From Candidatus Multivoradales bacterium (GTDB lineage Bacteria > Acidobacteriota > Thermoanaerobaculia > Multivoradales > J023), in the NCBI GenBank assembly GCA_965248925.1, contig CBDFLE010000006.1:4992001-5056000 (forward strand): a DNA stretch of 64,000 nucleotides. Direction: 5' to 3'. This document shows, piece after piece, positions 29,597-40,536 of the stretch. The position numbers were made by a program, and so were the translations under genes. The notes beneath the pieces are model-generated. The model was not told the DNA's origin. It searched no databases and was given only the letters and a program-made list of their open reading frames with translations. Numbering within the stretch: the first letter of the stretch is position 1; the number at the start of each line of letters is the position of its first letter.

Positions 29597-32127
29597 CCAG
29601 ACCTCCTGACCTACCCCTCCTAACCCTCTGAAAACACAGGACCGCCCCTCAGAGGTGGTGCGGACCCAAAACTGTCCGCTTTTTTCGGTGCCGAGGCATG
29701 ATCGAGCATGGCACTGACGAGCGAGCACACCGTCCTGTTCCCAGACCACGCCGGGGTCCCCGATGGGGTTGTGGTGATCAACGACCGCTGCCGCCTCCAG
29801 CAGAGGGGCGGCTATCGGGTGGTGGTGGTCAGCGGCATGCCGCTCGCTCACTTCGCTGCCGGCGACAGGACAGGCGAGGCCCACGCGATGGTGAGTCTCG
29901 TTGAATTGGGCTGGGCACAGCAACGCGAGGTGGCCCTTGCGTTCGCTTGTGATGTGCGGACTGTGCGCCGGAATCAGCGCCGCTTCGAAGAAGGTGGGCT
30001 GGCTGCTCTGGGCCGGCCGCGCGGTTTTCCCCGGGGTCAGTCTCGGGTAGCGCAGGGCCGCCTGGACGCGGTCAACGGCTGGAAGGCCGAGGGTGTGTCG
30101 AATCGCGAGATTGGCCGGCGGCTGGGCATCGATGAGAAGGCCGTTCGCAAGCTCGCCAAGCGCCTGGGCTGGAAAGAGCGGTCGGTAGTGCAGATGACGA
30201 TGCCCTTCGAGAGTGCGGACCCAAAACTGTCCGCCTCTGATGAGCAGCAGGTCGACGGCCCCCTGAAAACTGCGGATCTTGCGCTCGACGCTGAGGGTGG
30301 CGGTGACCCAGCGGCTGCGGACCCAAAACTGTCCGCTTCTGCGTCCGAGCAAGATCAGGTTCCCCTCTCGCTGGACCTCGATCCAGCGGATCGCGCCAGC
30401 GATCGGCTGCTGGCGAGGCTGGGATTCCTCGATGATGCGGCGCCGATCTTCGGAGCGGCGACCCAGCTACCGGGCGCCGGTGCTCTGCTGGCGATTCCCG
30501 CCCTGGTGGACAGCGGCGTGCTCTCCATCGCGCAGGAGCTGTACGGCAGCATCGGGCCGGCCTTCTATGGGCTGCGCACCACTCTGGTAACCCTGCTGCT
30601 GATGGCACTGTTGCGGGTCAAGCGACCCGAAGGGCTCAAGGAGCGCTCACCCCGGCATTTGGGTCAGCTTCTCGGGCTCGACCGAGCGCCGGAAGTGAAA
30701 ACCTTGCGCAACAAGCTCGCTCGGCTGGCCGCGCATGGCCTGGCCGCGGATCTCGGTCGCGCCCTCGCTCAGCGCCGGGTCGCCACCAGGGGCCATGCCA
30801 TGGGCTTCCTCTACGTGGACGGGCATGTGCGCGCCTACCACGGTGGCCGAGAGATTCCCAAGACACACGTAGCGCGGATGCGGATCGCGATGCCGGCCAC
30901 CACCGACTACTGGGTCAACGATGCTGAGAGCGAGCCTCTCTTCGTGGTCCCCACCGAGGCCAACAAGGGGCTTGCGACGATGCTTCCCCTCATTCTCGAA
31001 GAGGTACGAAAGCTACTCGGAGACCGGCGAGTCACCGTCGTCTTCGACCGTGGGGGTTGGAGCCCGAAGCTGTTTGCGAAGCTCATCGCCAAGAAGTTCG
31101 ACATCCTCACATACCGAAAGGCCCCCTTTCGTCCGGTGCCGTTGAGCAAGTTCGGGCAGATCAAGGACACGATCCACGGGCGGAAGCTCGAGTACCTCCT
31201 CGCCGATCAGCGTATCTACCTCGAGTATGGCCCGAGGAAGAAGCGCAAGCGGCTGTACCTGCGCCAGGTCACCCGCCTCTGCGACAACGGCCACCAGACG
31301 TCCATCATCACCTCCCGCCGCGACCTCTCCACACTCGAGGTCGCCTACCGCATGTTCGATCGTTGGAGGCAAGAGAACTTCTTCAAATACCTGCGCGAAG
31401 AATTCGCACTCGATGCCCTGGTGGACTATGGCACCGAGCCAGCGGACGCCGCCCGCGATGTGCCGAATCCCGAGCGCGGCAAGATCAATGCAGAGCTGCG
31501 CAAAGCTCACGCACATCTCGAGCAGCTCCGGGCCCACATCGGGATCGCTGCTCTTGAAAACCGCGAGGATCGGCGGCGCACGATGCGCGGATTCAAGATC
31601 GCCAACGCCGCCATCTCCGCCAGGGTCCGGGCAGCGATAGAGCAGATCACCGAACTCGAGAACCAGCGCGCGACCCTCCCCGTCCGCGTCCCCGTCCAAG
31701 AGGTCGTCGAAGCGGATGTCATCAAGCTGTCCGTCGAGCGCAAGCACCTCACCGATATTCTCAAGATGGTCGCCTACCAGGCCGAAGGTGATCTTCTCCG
31801 GCTCCTATCACCCCACTACCGCCGCACCGAGCAGGAGGGACGCACCCTGATCCAAAGCGCTTTCGCGGCCGGCGGCGATATGGAGGTTACCGACACCGTG
31901 CTGCTCCTTTCCATCGACCCGCTCAGCTCTCCCCACAAGACGGCGGCGATCGCCGCCGTCTGCGAAGAACTCAACGCTACCGCCACCCACTTCCCCGGCA
32001 CCGAGCTACGGATGCGGTTCGCGATCAAGAAGGCGCCACCCCGGAGCCTGGCCTTCCCAGGGCCTCGGAACACCTCCGGAGAGGCTCAACCGGACATTTG
32101 AGAAAAAGGGTATGTCAGGAGTTCTGG
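29597..32127 (+). mobile_element. complete IS with large DDE transposase (family uncertain)
   Basis: IRs ccagacctcctgacctaccc / gggtatgtcaggagttctgg; flanked by a direct repeat ACT (or GACTC if the ends are CAG/CTG). Confidence 0.9.
29708..32101 (+). CDS. 797-aa DDE transposase with N-terminal HTH domains
   Basis: HTHs (QREVALAF; SNREIGRRLGIDEKAV); YVDGH, VFDRGG, RWRQENFFK catalytic motifs. Confidence 0.88.
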   Translation: MALTSEHTVLFPDHAGVPDGVVVINDRCRLQQRGGYRVVVVSGMPLAHFAAGDRTGEAHAMVSLVELGWAQQREVALAFACDVRTVRRNQRRFEEGGLAALGRPRGFPRGQSRVAQGRLDAVNGWKAEGVSNREIGRRLGIDEKAVRKLAKRLGWKERSVVQMTMPFESADPKLSASDEQQVDGPLKTADLALDAEGGGDPAAADPKLSASASEQDQVPLSLDLDPADRASDRLLARLGFLDDAAPIFGAATQLPGAGALLAIPALVDSGVLSIAQELYGSIGPAFYGLRTTLVTLLLMALLRVKRPEGLKERSPRHLGQLLGLDRAPEVKTLRNKLARLAAHGLAADLGRALAQRRVATRGHAMGFLYVDGHVRAYHGGREIPKTHVARMRIAMPATTDYWVNDAESEPLFVVPTEANKGLATMLPLILEEVRKLLGDRRVTVVFDRGGWSPKLFAKLIAKKFDILTYRKAPFRPVPLSKFGQIKDTIHGRKLEYLLADQRIYLEYGPRKKRKRLYLRQVTRLCDNGHQTSIITSRRDLSTLEVAYRMFDRWRQENFFKYLREEFALDALVDYGTEPADAARDVPNPERGKINAELRKAHAHLEQLRAHIGIAALENREDRRRTMRGFKIANAAISARVRAAIEQITELENQRATLPVRVPVQEVVEADVIKLSVERKHLTDILKMVAYQAEGDLLRLLSPHYRRTEQEGRTLIQSAFAAGGDMEVTDTVLLLSIDPLSSPHKTAAIAAVCEELNATATHFPGTELRMRFAIKKAPPRSLAFPGPRNTSGEAQPDI

Positions 32128-32319
32128 ACTCGTAGAGGGGATCTCGGTCACAGCGCGATACGCGACTTACACAGATCGGAGCCAGGAACTGGCGATTCTT
32201 AGCCCGCTACGAAGACGAGTTGTGGCGGTCGAGGAAGACGACGAAGAAGCGCGCGACGAGGAAATAAAATCGACGAGTCTCTAGCCAAGAAATCGGCGGG
32301 CTCAAAAGCCCGTTGACTG

Positions 32320-32464
32320 CCGCCCTTACGTCGGCGACCTCGGCGAGCCACTTCCGCAGCTGGCCATTGAGCCCGTTGAGGTCGGCGACTTCGCGTCCTT
32401 CCAGGAAACTACCTTTCAGGTAGGAGATGGCGCGCTCCACCTTGCCCTTCGCCCGCGGTGCCAA
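32320..32464 (-). pseudogene. IS21 IstA fragment
   Basis: PRAKGKVERAISYLKGSF...LN.QLRKWL. Confidence 0.75.
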
Positions 32465-32843
32465 GGGGCATCCAGCAGCAACCCCTGGTGTGGCCTTCGG
32501 TCAGGTGGGCGCATCGGCCGCCCTTCGCTCGTCGATCCGGCCGCGTCGAGCGAACCTCGCCGAGATCGCCGAAGTGCTCGCACGACGGCCGCCCTTGGCG
32601 GGCGTAAAGCGTGCCCGCGCCGGCGTGAAAGGCCACCTCGCAACGATATGGTGTCCTTCCGGCCGAAAGTGAATCATGCGTGGCAGCTGTGCGGACGGAT
32701 TCACGGCAGGTTGGTGGCCGGTTGGCGGGCTTTGTGGTAGGAACCGTCGCGCACCGGAGGAACGGGTGTTTAATGGCCTTCCGGCATCGTTAGACAGGAC
32801 CAATCGATGAAGCTCAATCTGGCGTCATCGAAAGGTAATAAGG

Positions 32844-33515
32844 ATGGAGAACAGGATATTACTCAGGACTGTTAGACGGTTGTCGGTGTTTGTTTGTTGT
32901 GCGGTAATGTGTGTTTTCATTTCGGCCTGTCGCAGTGATTGTTACGGGTTTTACCTGGAGAAAGAAGATCTTGATGAACTGGTGACATTGTTGCGTGGTG
33001 GCAAGGATGTTGCGGCGTTTTTTACCGCAAGGAATTATCCGTTTACTGAGACAGAGGCGGGTGAAATAAACCTTAGTGATGGATATCCTTTGGCTTTAAA
33101 GACGGATGAGAATTATTCTGCGGACCTGTACAGTTCTTCTGGGGAGTGTGTGCCGGTGTTCCGGGTGCTACGTGTCAGGCGAAAAAATGATGATGGAGAG
33201 ACTTTGTTTGAGTCAGTGGTTTTCATATACCGTGATAAGGCCGCCTATCTGGATCAGAGGAAGAAGTTGGCAGTTGATAGTTTCGTGGTGGGAGGTTTGC
33301 TGAGTCCGATAAACAGTCATCATCTGAGGTATCTTAATGAGCGTATCGGTCTTGTGTTTGACCATCCCCGTCTGAAAGTACGCAATACTTCGCAGATAAG
33401 AAGTGAGAGTCAAGACGTTCAGCTTGATTACTTCGCCGTATCGAAGGAACCGGAGGCTAACGGGAACGAGACGTATTTTATTTCACTGGGTGTTTATAGA
33501 TTTTTTACTCAGTGA
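32844..33515 (+). CDS. hypothetical lipoprotein-like protein, visibly lower GC than flanks
   Basis: basic/hydrophobic N-terminus ending FISAC (lipobox-like); AT-rich codon usage. Confidence 0.65.
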   Translation: MENRILLRTVRRLSVFVCCAVMCVFISACRSDCYGFYLEKEDLDELVTLLRGGKDVAAFFTARNYPFTETEAGEINLSDGYPLALKTDENYSADLYSSSGECVPVFRVLRVRRKNDDGETLFESVVFIYRDKAAYLDQRKKLAVDSFVVGGLLSPINSHHLRYLNERIGLVFDHPRLKVRNTSQIRSESQDVQLDYFAVSKEPEANGNETYFISLGVYRFFTQ

Positions 33516-33649
33516 CCGCCGTGTTGTCCGGAATAGTAGCGCTCCTTGTTCCAGGCTGATGCGGGACTGATCGAGTCCGCCGCCGCTGTTTCCACGGGCA
33601 AGGGGCTTGCCATCCACGTCGTGAACGGTAACCATACCGGTTCCGGAGT

Positions 33650-34088
33650 GGCCGTCGGGCATGGTGACTGTCACGTCGAGATCACGTGCTTCTCGTCCAG
33701 CACCGCCACCCCCCCTTGGGTATTGCCTTCGGTGTGGCGTTCTAGCGTGCAGACGGTCTCGCCGGAGTCGACGTTCCAGACGCGGGCGTAGGGTGTCGTC
33801 TTTAGACTCCGAGAGCAGGCGGTTCTCGTCCAGCACCGCCATCGCGGTGACCGAGTTGGTGTGCCCATGGGGCGTGCCCATCGTCGCGCCGGACTTGAGG
33901 TCCCAAAGGCGCAGGGTTTGGTCATCAGACGCCGAGACTACACGCTTCTCGTCCAGCACCGCCACCGCTGAGCCCCTGTCGGTATGGCCATTGAGCGTAC
34001 GGATGATCTCGCCGGAGTCGAGGTCCCAGACACGCAGGGTGTGGTCCTGAGACGCCGAGACTACGCGCTCGTCGAGGTGGGCGAGCAC
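33650..34088 (-). pseudogene. WD40-repeat gene fragment, frameshifted
   Basis: repeats VSAS.D.TLR.WDL.SG....TL.GHT; frame change near 33790. Confidence 0.8.
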
Positions 34089-34115
34089 CCCGGTGGCCGC
34101 GTCGAGGCCGAATGG

Positions 34116-35159
34116 CTACCACCGGACGACGTATTCGATGTTCTGCTCGTTCTCGCGCTCGTCCTTGTAGTCACATTTGTTTCGACTGAACGAGGATGTC
34201 GTTTCGACGAGAGGTCCAGATCGGTCAACAGATCTCCGGTCTGGAACATAGACGCCACTCTTGTCGGAAAAGAAATGAATGATGGAGCCCAGATTGGAGA
34301 AACGCGTCATGATAAAGGCAGCCACCGGATCTCCAAACTGGGTCGACAGGACGAAGGTGCACTCGTCCGCAGTGTCCTGCCTGGATCCACCGAAGGCGTG
34401 CATTGAAAACACGGAAGCAAACTCGGCCGGCATGTAATCGAGTGCTTCCAGCACGTCGCCGAGAGCCTCCCCCTGTGCCCGAATTTCGTCGTCTTGGATT
34501 ATGACAAAGAACGTGTGATGACTTCCGAGCGTGTGCATGATGGGCTTGAGATGGGGTCGTTCTTCCAAGAGGTCGCCTTGCTGCTCGGAGGCGACCTGAA
34601 GCACCGCTTCGACGGCTGCCGGAGCGCCCACGACAAGCGTCCGCTCATCCAAGGCGAGCCACGCATTCTGCGGCGTTGAATCGCCGGGAGACAGGACAAC
34701 GTTCCACTCACCAACGGCGACCGAGGTGTAGCCTTGCCGTCCCGAGAGTCTCTCGATCGCGGGCCCTGCCTCAGGCGTTACAAAAACGACAAAGAAACCG
34801 TCTTTCGTGAAAACTCTGGCGACGGACTCGGCCTGACTTCCCGTCAGGGAAGCGGCGTCCACAAGCGGTTGCAGGAGCCCGACTGGCATACTCATGCCAT
34901 GACGATCCTGGAGGGCCTCCAACTTTTCCGTATAACGAACCTCATACGTGCCTGGAGGCAAGATGCTTGCAATCTGCGGCTTTCCGGGTAGAAAGCCTGG
35001 CCACAGAATCCAGACTAGAATGATGACGGCAAAGACCCCGAAACATCCACAGCCCTGCCGCAGACAGCCCCGGCATCCCTTTCCCTTTTTCTGAGGCTTC
35101 GGAACCCCAGGAGCTGTGGGATGTTCCGGCGGAGCTGGGGTTGATTCATTCGCTTCCAT
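34116..35159 (-). CDS. hypothetical single-pass membrane protein
   Basis: AGGAG RBS; KKGKGC.GC...GCGC followed by a TM helix; 347-aa ORF. Confidence 0.7.
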   Translation of the reverse strand: MEANESTPAPPEHPTAPGVPKPQKKGKGCRGCLRQGCGCFGVFAVIILVWILWPGFLPGKPQIASILPPGTYEVRYTEKLEALQDRHGMSMPVGLLQPLVDAASLTGSQAESVARVFTKDGFFVVFVTPEAGPAIERLSGRQGYTSVAVGEWNVVLSPGDSTPQNAWLALDERTLVVGAPAAVEAVLQVASEQQGDLLEERPHLKPIMHTLGSHHTFFVIIQDDEIRAQGEALGDVLEALDYMPAEFASVFSMHAFGGSRQDTADECTFVLSTQFGDPVAAFIMTRFSNLGSIIHFFSDKSGVYVPDRRSVDRSGPLVETTSSFSRNKCDYKDERENEQNIEYVVRW

Positions 35160-35398
35160 TTTCTTTTCTCCTGAAGGATTGGCCCATGTCGGGCCAGCGT
35201 TTTCTCAATGTCCTGGTAAACGTGGTGCTGACGACATTCTATTCGCTGAAGACGGCGCGGGACCTCGACCCGGCGGGTGACCTGGCCGGTGAGCCTCGAC
35301 CGAGCTGGTGAGCCTAGAATTCCCTCTGCAGCCGTCGAGCTGGTCTTCGAAGCCCCAAAAAGCGTCCGGCACGATCAGCCGGCAGCTCGGAGTTCACC

Positions 35399-35426
35399 CC
35401 AAAAAGGTTCCACCCCTTTCTGGGAG
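35399..35426. repeat. 28-bp direct repeat, copy 1
   Basis: ccaaaaaggttccacccctttctgggag, identical to 43527-43554. Confidence 0.85.
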
Positions 35427-36073
35427 AAACCCCAACCTTTGATCGATTTGGCCGATTGATCCGCCCTAAACGATGACCGGGAGTGCCGAAATGGTAGGAA
35501 ACCCTTCAACGGAGGGCACGCACATCAAGACTCTTGACACATGTACTCCAGGTGGATCTCCCAAAGCAAGGCTCCCACCCCGAAAAGGTTCCCTCCCAGA
35601 ACTCCTGACCTACCCCCTCTTGGTCGAGCGACAAAGCGGACAGCCTTGGGTCCGCAGCCGCTGGGTCACTGCCATCCCCCGGATCGAGCGCAAATCTCGC
35701 ATCTATTCAGGGTGGCATCGACCTGCTGCTCGTCAGAAGCGGACAGCCTTGGGTCCGCACTCGCAAAGGGCATCGTCATATGCACTACCGGTCGTTCTTC
35801 CCAGCCCAGGCGCTTGTCGAGCTTGCGGACGGCCTTCTCATCGATGCCCAATCGCCAGCCAATCTCGCGATTCGATACACCCTTTGTGCATCAGCGACAA
35901 TTAGAAATGTGCAAACCCGCCGCCGCCGTAGCCGCTGGGCTGTGGGAAACGCGCAGCGTTTTCCAAGGGGTGTGGGAGGGTGCCGTCTGCGGCAGCCTTC
36001 CATGCCCCGGCAGACCGGCGGCTGGGGGGAGTTGGGGGTCCGGGGGAAGAGGGGGGGTTGGTTTTCCACAGGT

Positions 36074-36841
36074 TCAGGATTTCCTCCGTAAGTTGTTGTT
36101 GTTCTTGACGGCCACCTGGGCGCGGTAACTCTTGCCTGAAAGCTCCAGGATGGTGGCGTGATGGACGAGTCGATCGATGGCGCATGCAGTGGTCATGGGG
36201 TCCTTGAAGATCTTGTCCCACTCGGAGAAAACCAGGTTCGAGGTGATCATCACGCTCTTGCGCTCGTAGCGCTCGGAGAGGAAAGTGAAGAGCACCTCCA
36301 TCTCTTCGCGGCTATGTTGGACGTAGCCGATATCGTCGAGGATGACGACCTCGAAGCGATCGAGTCGCTTGAGTACGATCTCTAGCTCGAGATCGCGTTT
36401 GGCGACCAGCAAGCGCTGGACGAGCTTGAAGGCCGGCAGGAAGAGCACGGAGACGCCTCGCTGGACGAGTTCATATCCAATGGCGCTGACCAGGTGCGTC
36501 TTGCCACGACCGGGCAGACCGAAGGCGAGCAGGTTCTCGCACCGCTCTGCGAAACCGCCCTCGCTCAGGTTGGGCAGTTGCCGGCGAACCGCGACCGGCA
36601 GTCGGGCGCGATCGAGAGTCGCTAGGGTTTTCTCGTGCGGCAGACCGGAGCTGCGAAGCAGCCGTTCGACGCGGCGCCGACGGCGGTCTTCGATCTCCAC
36701 TTCGGCGAGCTGACGGAGAAAGCGTTCGAAGCTCCAGCCTTCTTGCTCTGCCTTGGTACTCACCTCTGCGAGAGCGCTCACGAAGCTGGGCAACTTCAAG
36801 GTGCGAAGCAAGCCGGGGAGACTGTCGTTGGTGACGCTCAC
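36074..36841 (-). CDS. istB: IstB ATPase (outer IS21)
   Basis: GLPGRGKTHL, ILDDIGY, ITSNL.F.EW, IDRLVHH. Confidence 0.95.
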   Translation of the reverse strand: MSVTNDSLPGLLRTLKLPSFVSALAEVSTKAEQEGWSFERFLRQLAEVEIEDRRRRRVERLLRSSGLPHEKTLATLDRARLPVAVRRQLPNLSEGGFAERCENLLAFGLPGRGKTHLVSAIGYELVQRGVSVLFLPAFKLVQRLLVAKRDLELEIVLKRLDRFEVVILDDIGYVQHSREEMEVLFTFLSERYERKSVMITSNLVFSEWDKIFKDPMTTACAIDRLVHHATILELSGKSYRAQVAVKNNNNLRRKS

Positions 36842-38203
36842 TGGACCACCTCCACGCTGCTGGTGAGCAGTTGGTCATAGCTGGCGAGATCGGCCACCAG
36901 TGGTTCCATGTTGGGAATCTGAGGAGTTGCGAGCCGGGTCAGCGCTTCAACCGCCTCGAAACGGGGTAGCTTCCGCTCGGCCTCGATCAACTCCAGCGCC
37001 GCCTCGACCTCGCACTGCATGGTGGTCGCGGCCAGCTTCAGGATCCGCAGATAGTCCAGGTCGGCCTGGCGCTGCGAGAGGCCCTCGCTCAGGATGTCAT
37101 AGGCCCTTCGGAAGACCAGGGTAGGGAACATCGCATCGCGGAACCGGTAGCGTGCGAACGCGCCCGGCTTGCGCACCAAGGATGCGATCACATGCCGGTA
37201 GTCGACCCGATGCTTGCCGTGGCCACACAGGCGCTCGATACTGAGCTGCTTGCGGCCACCGTAGAGCACCTCCAAGGTCATCTCGCGCAGCAGCACCACC
37301 ACCTGCTCGCCGATCAGTCGCGACGGCACCGAGTAGGTGTTGTTCTTCACCCGAATGGTGCTGCACGAGTTCACCCGGAGACGCAGCCTACGGTGCTGCG
37401 GGAGCCGATCGGCTTGTAGCAGCCGCATGACCGCAAGTTCCTCGCGCAAGCGCTTCGCGCGCCGCGCATTGGCCTGCTCCAGCCGCTCGCTGATCCACGC
37501 TTGGTAGAGCTCGACGCTGTCGAAGTCCCGGCTGCCACGGAGCAGAAGATGCTGCTTCAGCTGCCGCTTCAGCGCCCCGTTGGCCGCCTCGATGTCGCCG
37601 TTCTGGTGGCTCTGGCCGATGCCGATCGTCCGCGGCTTCATCCCCAAATGCTCCATCACCGAGACGTACTCGTCATTGAAACCTCGCTGCCCGGTCTTGA
37701 GGTCATGGGTCGCTGCCGTCGAGTTGTCCGTCTGGTGGTACCGGGGCACCCGGCCCAGCCGGAAAACGGCGGTCTGGACTCCCTGGCGAATCGCCAGCAT
37801 CGACTCGGAAAAGCACACCGTCGCCGACTGCCAGTTGCTGTACGGCAGCACCGAGTGGCACAGCAGGTGATGGAACACCTCGCCGCCGATCCTCACCCCC
37901 AGCTTCTTGCAGCAGGTGAAGTCGGTCTGCAACGCCTCACCAGGCCGGTGGTTTTGGCCGAAGAACACCTCCTTCTCTGGACCCTCAGTTGCCTGCACCG
38001 ACGGAAACCGACCACCGATTCCGATTGAAAGTGACCAGTGATTCCAACGGAATCTGACCATCGATTCCGATCGAAAGTGACCACTTTTCCGGGTCGATCG
38101 GAATGGGTGGTCAGATTGGATCGGAATCCTGGCCACGGCGGAGTTCGACGGTAGCGCGCTCCTCACAATTGGGGTATTCCAGCCTCCTTGAAAGGAGGAT
38201 TGG

Positions 38204-39778
38204 ATGCCGAGAGTGAGGACATCGATGCGCAAGATACGCGAGGTACTGAGACTGAAATGGCAGCATGGCCTGTCGCACCGCCAGATCGGACGGTCGGTTC
38301 GGCTGGGCCACGTGACGGTGTGCAACTACCTGCTGCGAGCCAAGGTTGAAGGCCTGAGCTGGGAGCAAGTAGCAGCTTTGAGCGACGCTGAGCTGGAGCA
38401 ACGCCTGTACCCTCGGCCGCAGCCGCTTCGGAGGGGTGGTCAGCGAGCCTTGCCCGACTGGACCAAGGTGCATGGCGAGCTGAAGAAGAAGGGCGTAACC
38501 CTGTCGCTGCTGTGGCAGGAGTACCGGGAGGACCATCCTGACGGCTACGGTCTCAGCCGCTTCTGTCAGCTGTACCGGATCTGGGAAGGGCGCCTGGATG
38601 TGTGCCTGCGCCAAGCCTACCGGGCGGGCGAGAAGCTGTTCGTCGACTATGCCGGACAGACCGTGAGGGTGATCGACCCGGCGACTGGCAAAGCGCGCGA
38701 AGCGCAGATCTTCGTGGCGGTGCTGGGGGCGAGCAACTACACCTATGCCGAATCAACGTGGAGCCAGGGCCTGGAGGACTGGATCGGCTCTCATGTGCGG
38801 ACCTTCGCGGCTCTGGGCGGGGTGAGCGAGCTGGTGGTGCCGGACAATCTGAAGAGCGGCGTGACCAGCCCGTGCCGCTACGAGCCGGAGATCAATCGCA
38901 CCTACGCGGAGTTGGCCGAGCACTACGGCGTGGCGGTGGTGCCGGCGCGGGTGAGGAAGCCCCAAGACAAGGCGAAGGTCGAAAACGGTGTATTGCAAGT
39001 GGAGCGCTGGATTCTGGCCCGGCTGCGTAGCCAGCAGTTCTTCAGCCTGCGAGAGCTCAACGAGAGCATCGCGAAGCTTCTGGTCGAGCTTAACGACCGT
39101 CCGCTGAAGGTGTTGGGCGTCTCGCGCCGAGCGCTGTTCGAGCAGGTCGATCGTCCTGCTCTGGGTGCTTTGCCGCTCCAGCCCTACGAGCTTGCCGAAT
39201 GGAAGAAGGTACGCGTTGCCCCGGACTACCACGTCGAGTTCGAGGGCCACTATTACAGTGTGCCGTACCAGCTGATCAAGAAGCAGCTCGATCTGCGGGC
39301 GACGGCGCAACTGGTGGAGGTGCTCGATCGCGGCAAGCGTGTGGCTGCTCATCGTCGCAATCGGTGTCGGGGTCGGCACACGACCCAGAGCGAGCACATG
39401 CCCAAAGCGCACCAGGCGTACCTGGAGTGGACACCGACACGGCTGATCAGCTGGGCGGCGAAAACAGGCCAGGCGACGGCCGAACTGGTGGAGACCATCA
39501 TGCTTAACCGCTCCCATCCTCAGCACGGCTTTCGCTCGTGTCTGGGGCTGATGCGCCTGGGCAAGACCTATGGTGCCAATCGTTTGGAGGCTGCGTGCCG
39601 CCGCGCGCTCGCCATTCACGGCCTGTCCTACAAGAGCGTGAAGTCGATCCTGAAGAGCGGCCTGGACCAGCAAGCAGCGCCCGAGCCCACCGAAGTGACG
39701 GCGCCGATCGAGCACCGCAACGTCCGCGGCGCCAGCTACTACAGTGCCGCGCGCCGCGAGGAGACGCCGCCATGCTGA
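38204..39778 (+). CDS. istA: IstA transposase
   Basis: FVDYAG, VPDNLKSGV, P.DKAKVE. Confidence 0.95.
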   Translation: MPRVRTSMRKIREVLRLKWQHGLSHRQIGRSVRLGHVTVCNYLLRAKVEGLSWEQVAALSDAELEQRLYPRPQPLRRGGQRALPDWTKVHGELKKKGVTLSLLWQEYREDHPDGYGLSRFCQLYRIWEGRLDVCLRQAYRAGEKLFVDYAGQTVRVIDPATGKAREAQIFVAVLGASNYTYAESTWSQGLEDWIGSHVRTFAALGGVSELVVPDNLKSGVTSPCRYEPEINRTYAELAEHYGVAVVPARVRKPQDKAKVENGVLQVERWILARLRSQQFFSLRELNESIAKLLVELNDRPLKVLGVSRRALFEQVDRPALGALPLQPYELAEWKKVRVAPDYHVEFEGHYYSVPYQLIKKQLDLRATAQLVEVLDRGKRVAAHRRNRCRGRHTTQSEHMPKAHQAYLEWTPTRLISWAAKTGQATAELVETIMLNRSHPQHGFRSCLGLMRLGKTYGANRLEAACRRALAIHGLSYKSVKSILKSGLDQQAAPEPTEVTAPIEHRNVRGASYYSAARREETPPC

Positions 39779-40536
39779 GGCACGCGACGCTCGATCAACT
39801 CGCCGCGCTCAAGCTCCACGGTATGGCCAAAGCCTTTGAGGAGCAGCTGTCGATGGTCGATGTCTCAGAGCTCTCCTTCGAAGAGCGCCTCGGGCTGCTG
39901 GTCGAGCGCGAAGCGACCGAGCGATCCAGCCGCCGCTTGATAGCGCGGTTGCGAAAAGCCAAGCTGCGCGAGCAGGCGGCCATCGAAGACATCGACTGGC
40001 GAGCCAAGAGGGGCCTGGACAAAGGCCAGATCCTGCGCCTGGCCTCGTGCCAGTGGATCGCCGAGCATCTCAACGTGCTGATCACCGGCAAGGCCGGGGT
40101 GGGCAAGACCTTTCTCGCCTGCGCCTTCGCGCACAAGGCATGTCGGGAGGGTTACACCGCTTTGTACCTGCGGGTGCCGAGGCTGTTTCGCCAGCTCGCC
40201 ATCGCGCGGGGTGATGGTAGCTACGAGAAGCTGCTCAAGAGCTATGCTCGCACAGACCTGCTCATCCTCGACGACTGGGGGCTGGCGCCGATCGGGGCCA
40301 GCGAGCGGCGCGACCTGCTCGAGATTCTTGAGGACCGCTACGGCAATCGCTCCACGCTGGTGACCTCCCAGCTACCGGTTGAGAGCTGGTACGAGGTCAT
40401 CGGCGATCCGACCTTGGCCGACGCCATCCTCGATCGCATTGTCCACGGCGCCTACAAGCTCGCCGTGGACGGTGACTCCATGCGGGCGAAGAGAGCCGGC
40501 GGTATTCGCAAGGCCGCCCAGCGAGAGGCAAGGTGA
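39772..40536 (+). CDS. istB: IstB ATPase
   Basis: GKAGVGKT, ILDDWG, TSQLP, ADAILDR; start at MLRHAT. Confidence 0.95.
   Translation: MLRHATLDQLAALKLHGMAKAFEEQLSMVDVSELSFEERLGLLVEREATERSSRRLIARLRKAKLREQAAIEDIDWRAKRGLDKGQILRLASCQWIAEHLNVLITGKAGVGKTFLACAFAHKACREGYTALYLRVPRLFRQLAIARGDGSYEKLLKSYARTDLLILDDWGLAPIGASERRDLLEILEDRYGNRSTLVTSQLPVESWYEVIGDPTLADAILDRIVHGAYKLAVDGDSMRAKRAGGIRKAAQREAR

Noticed and set aside
37990-38115. Short periodic repeats (gacca..gattccgat.gaaa) resembling a CRISPR array
   Set aside because: No unique spacers and no cas genes; mirrored at 40843-40891, so they are IS21 subterminal transposase-binding repeats
36838-38325. 495-aa ORF as a single gene
   Set aside because: Chimera of the inner IS21 end read antisense and the C-terminal part of the outer istA
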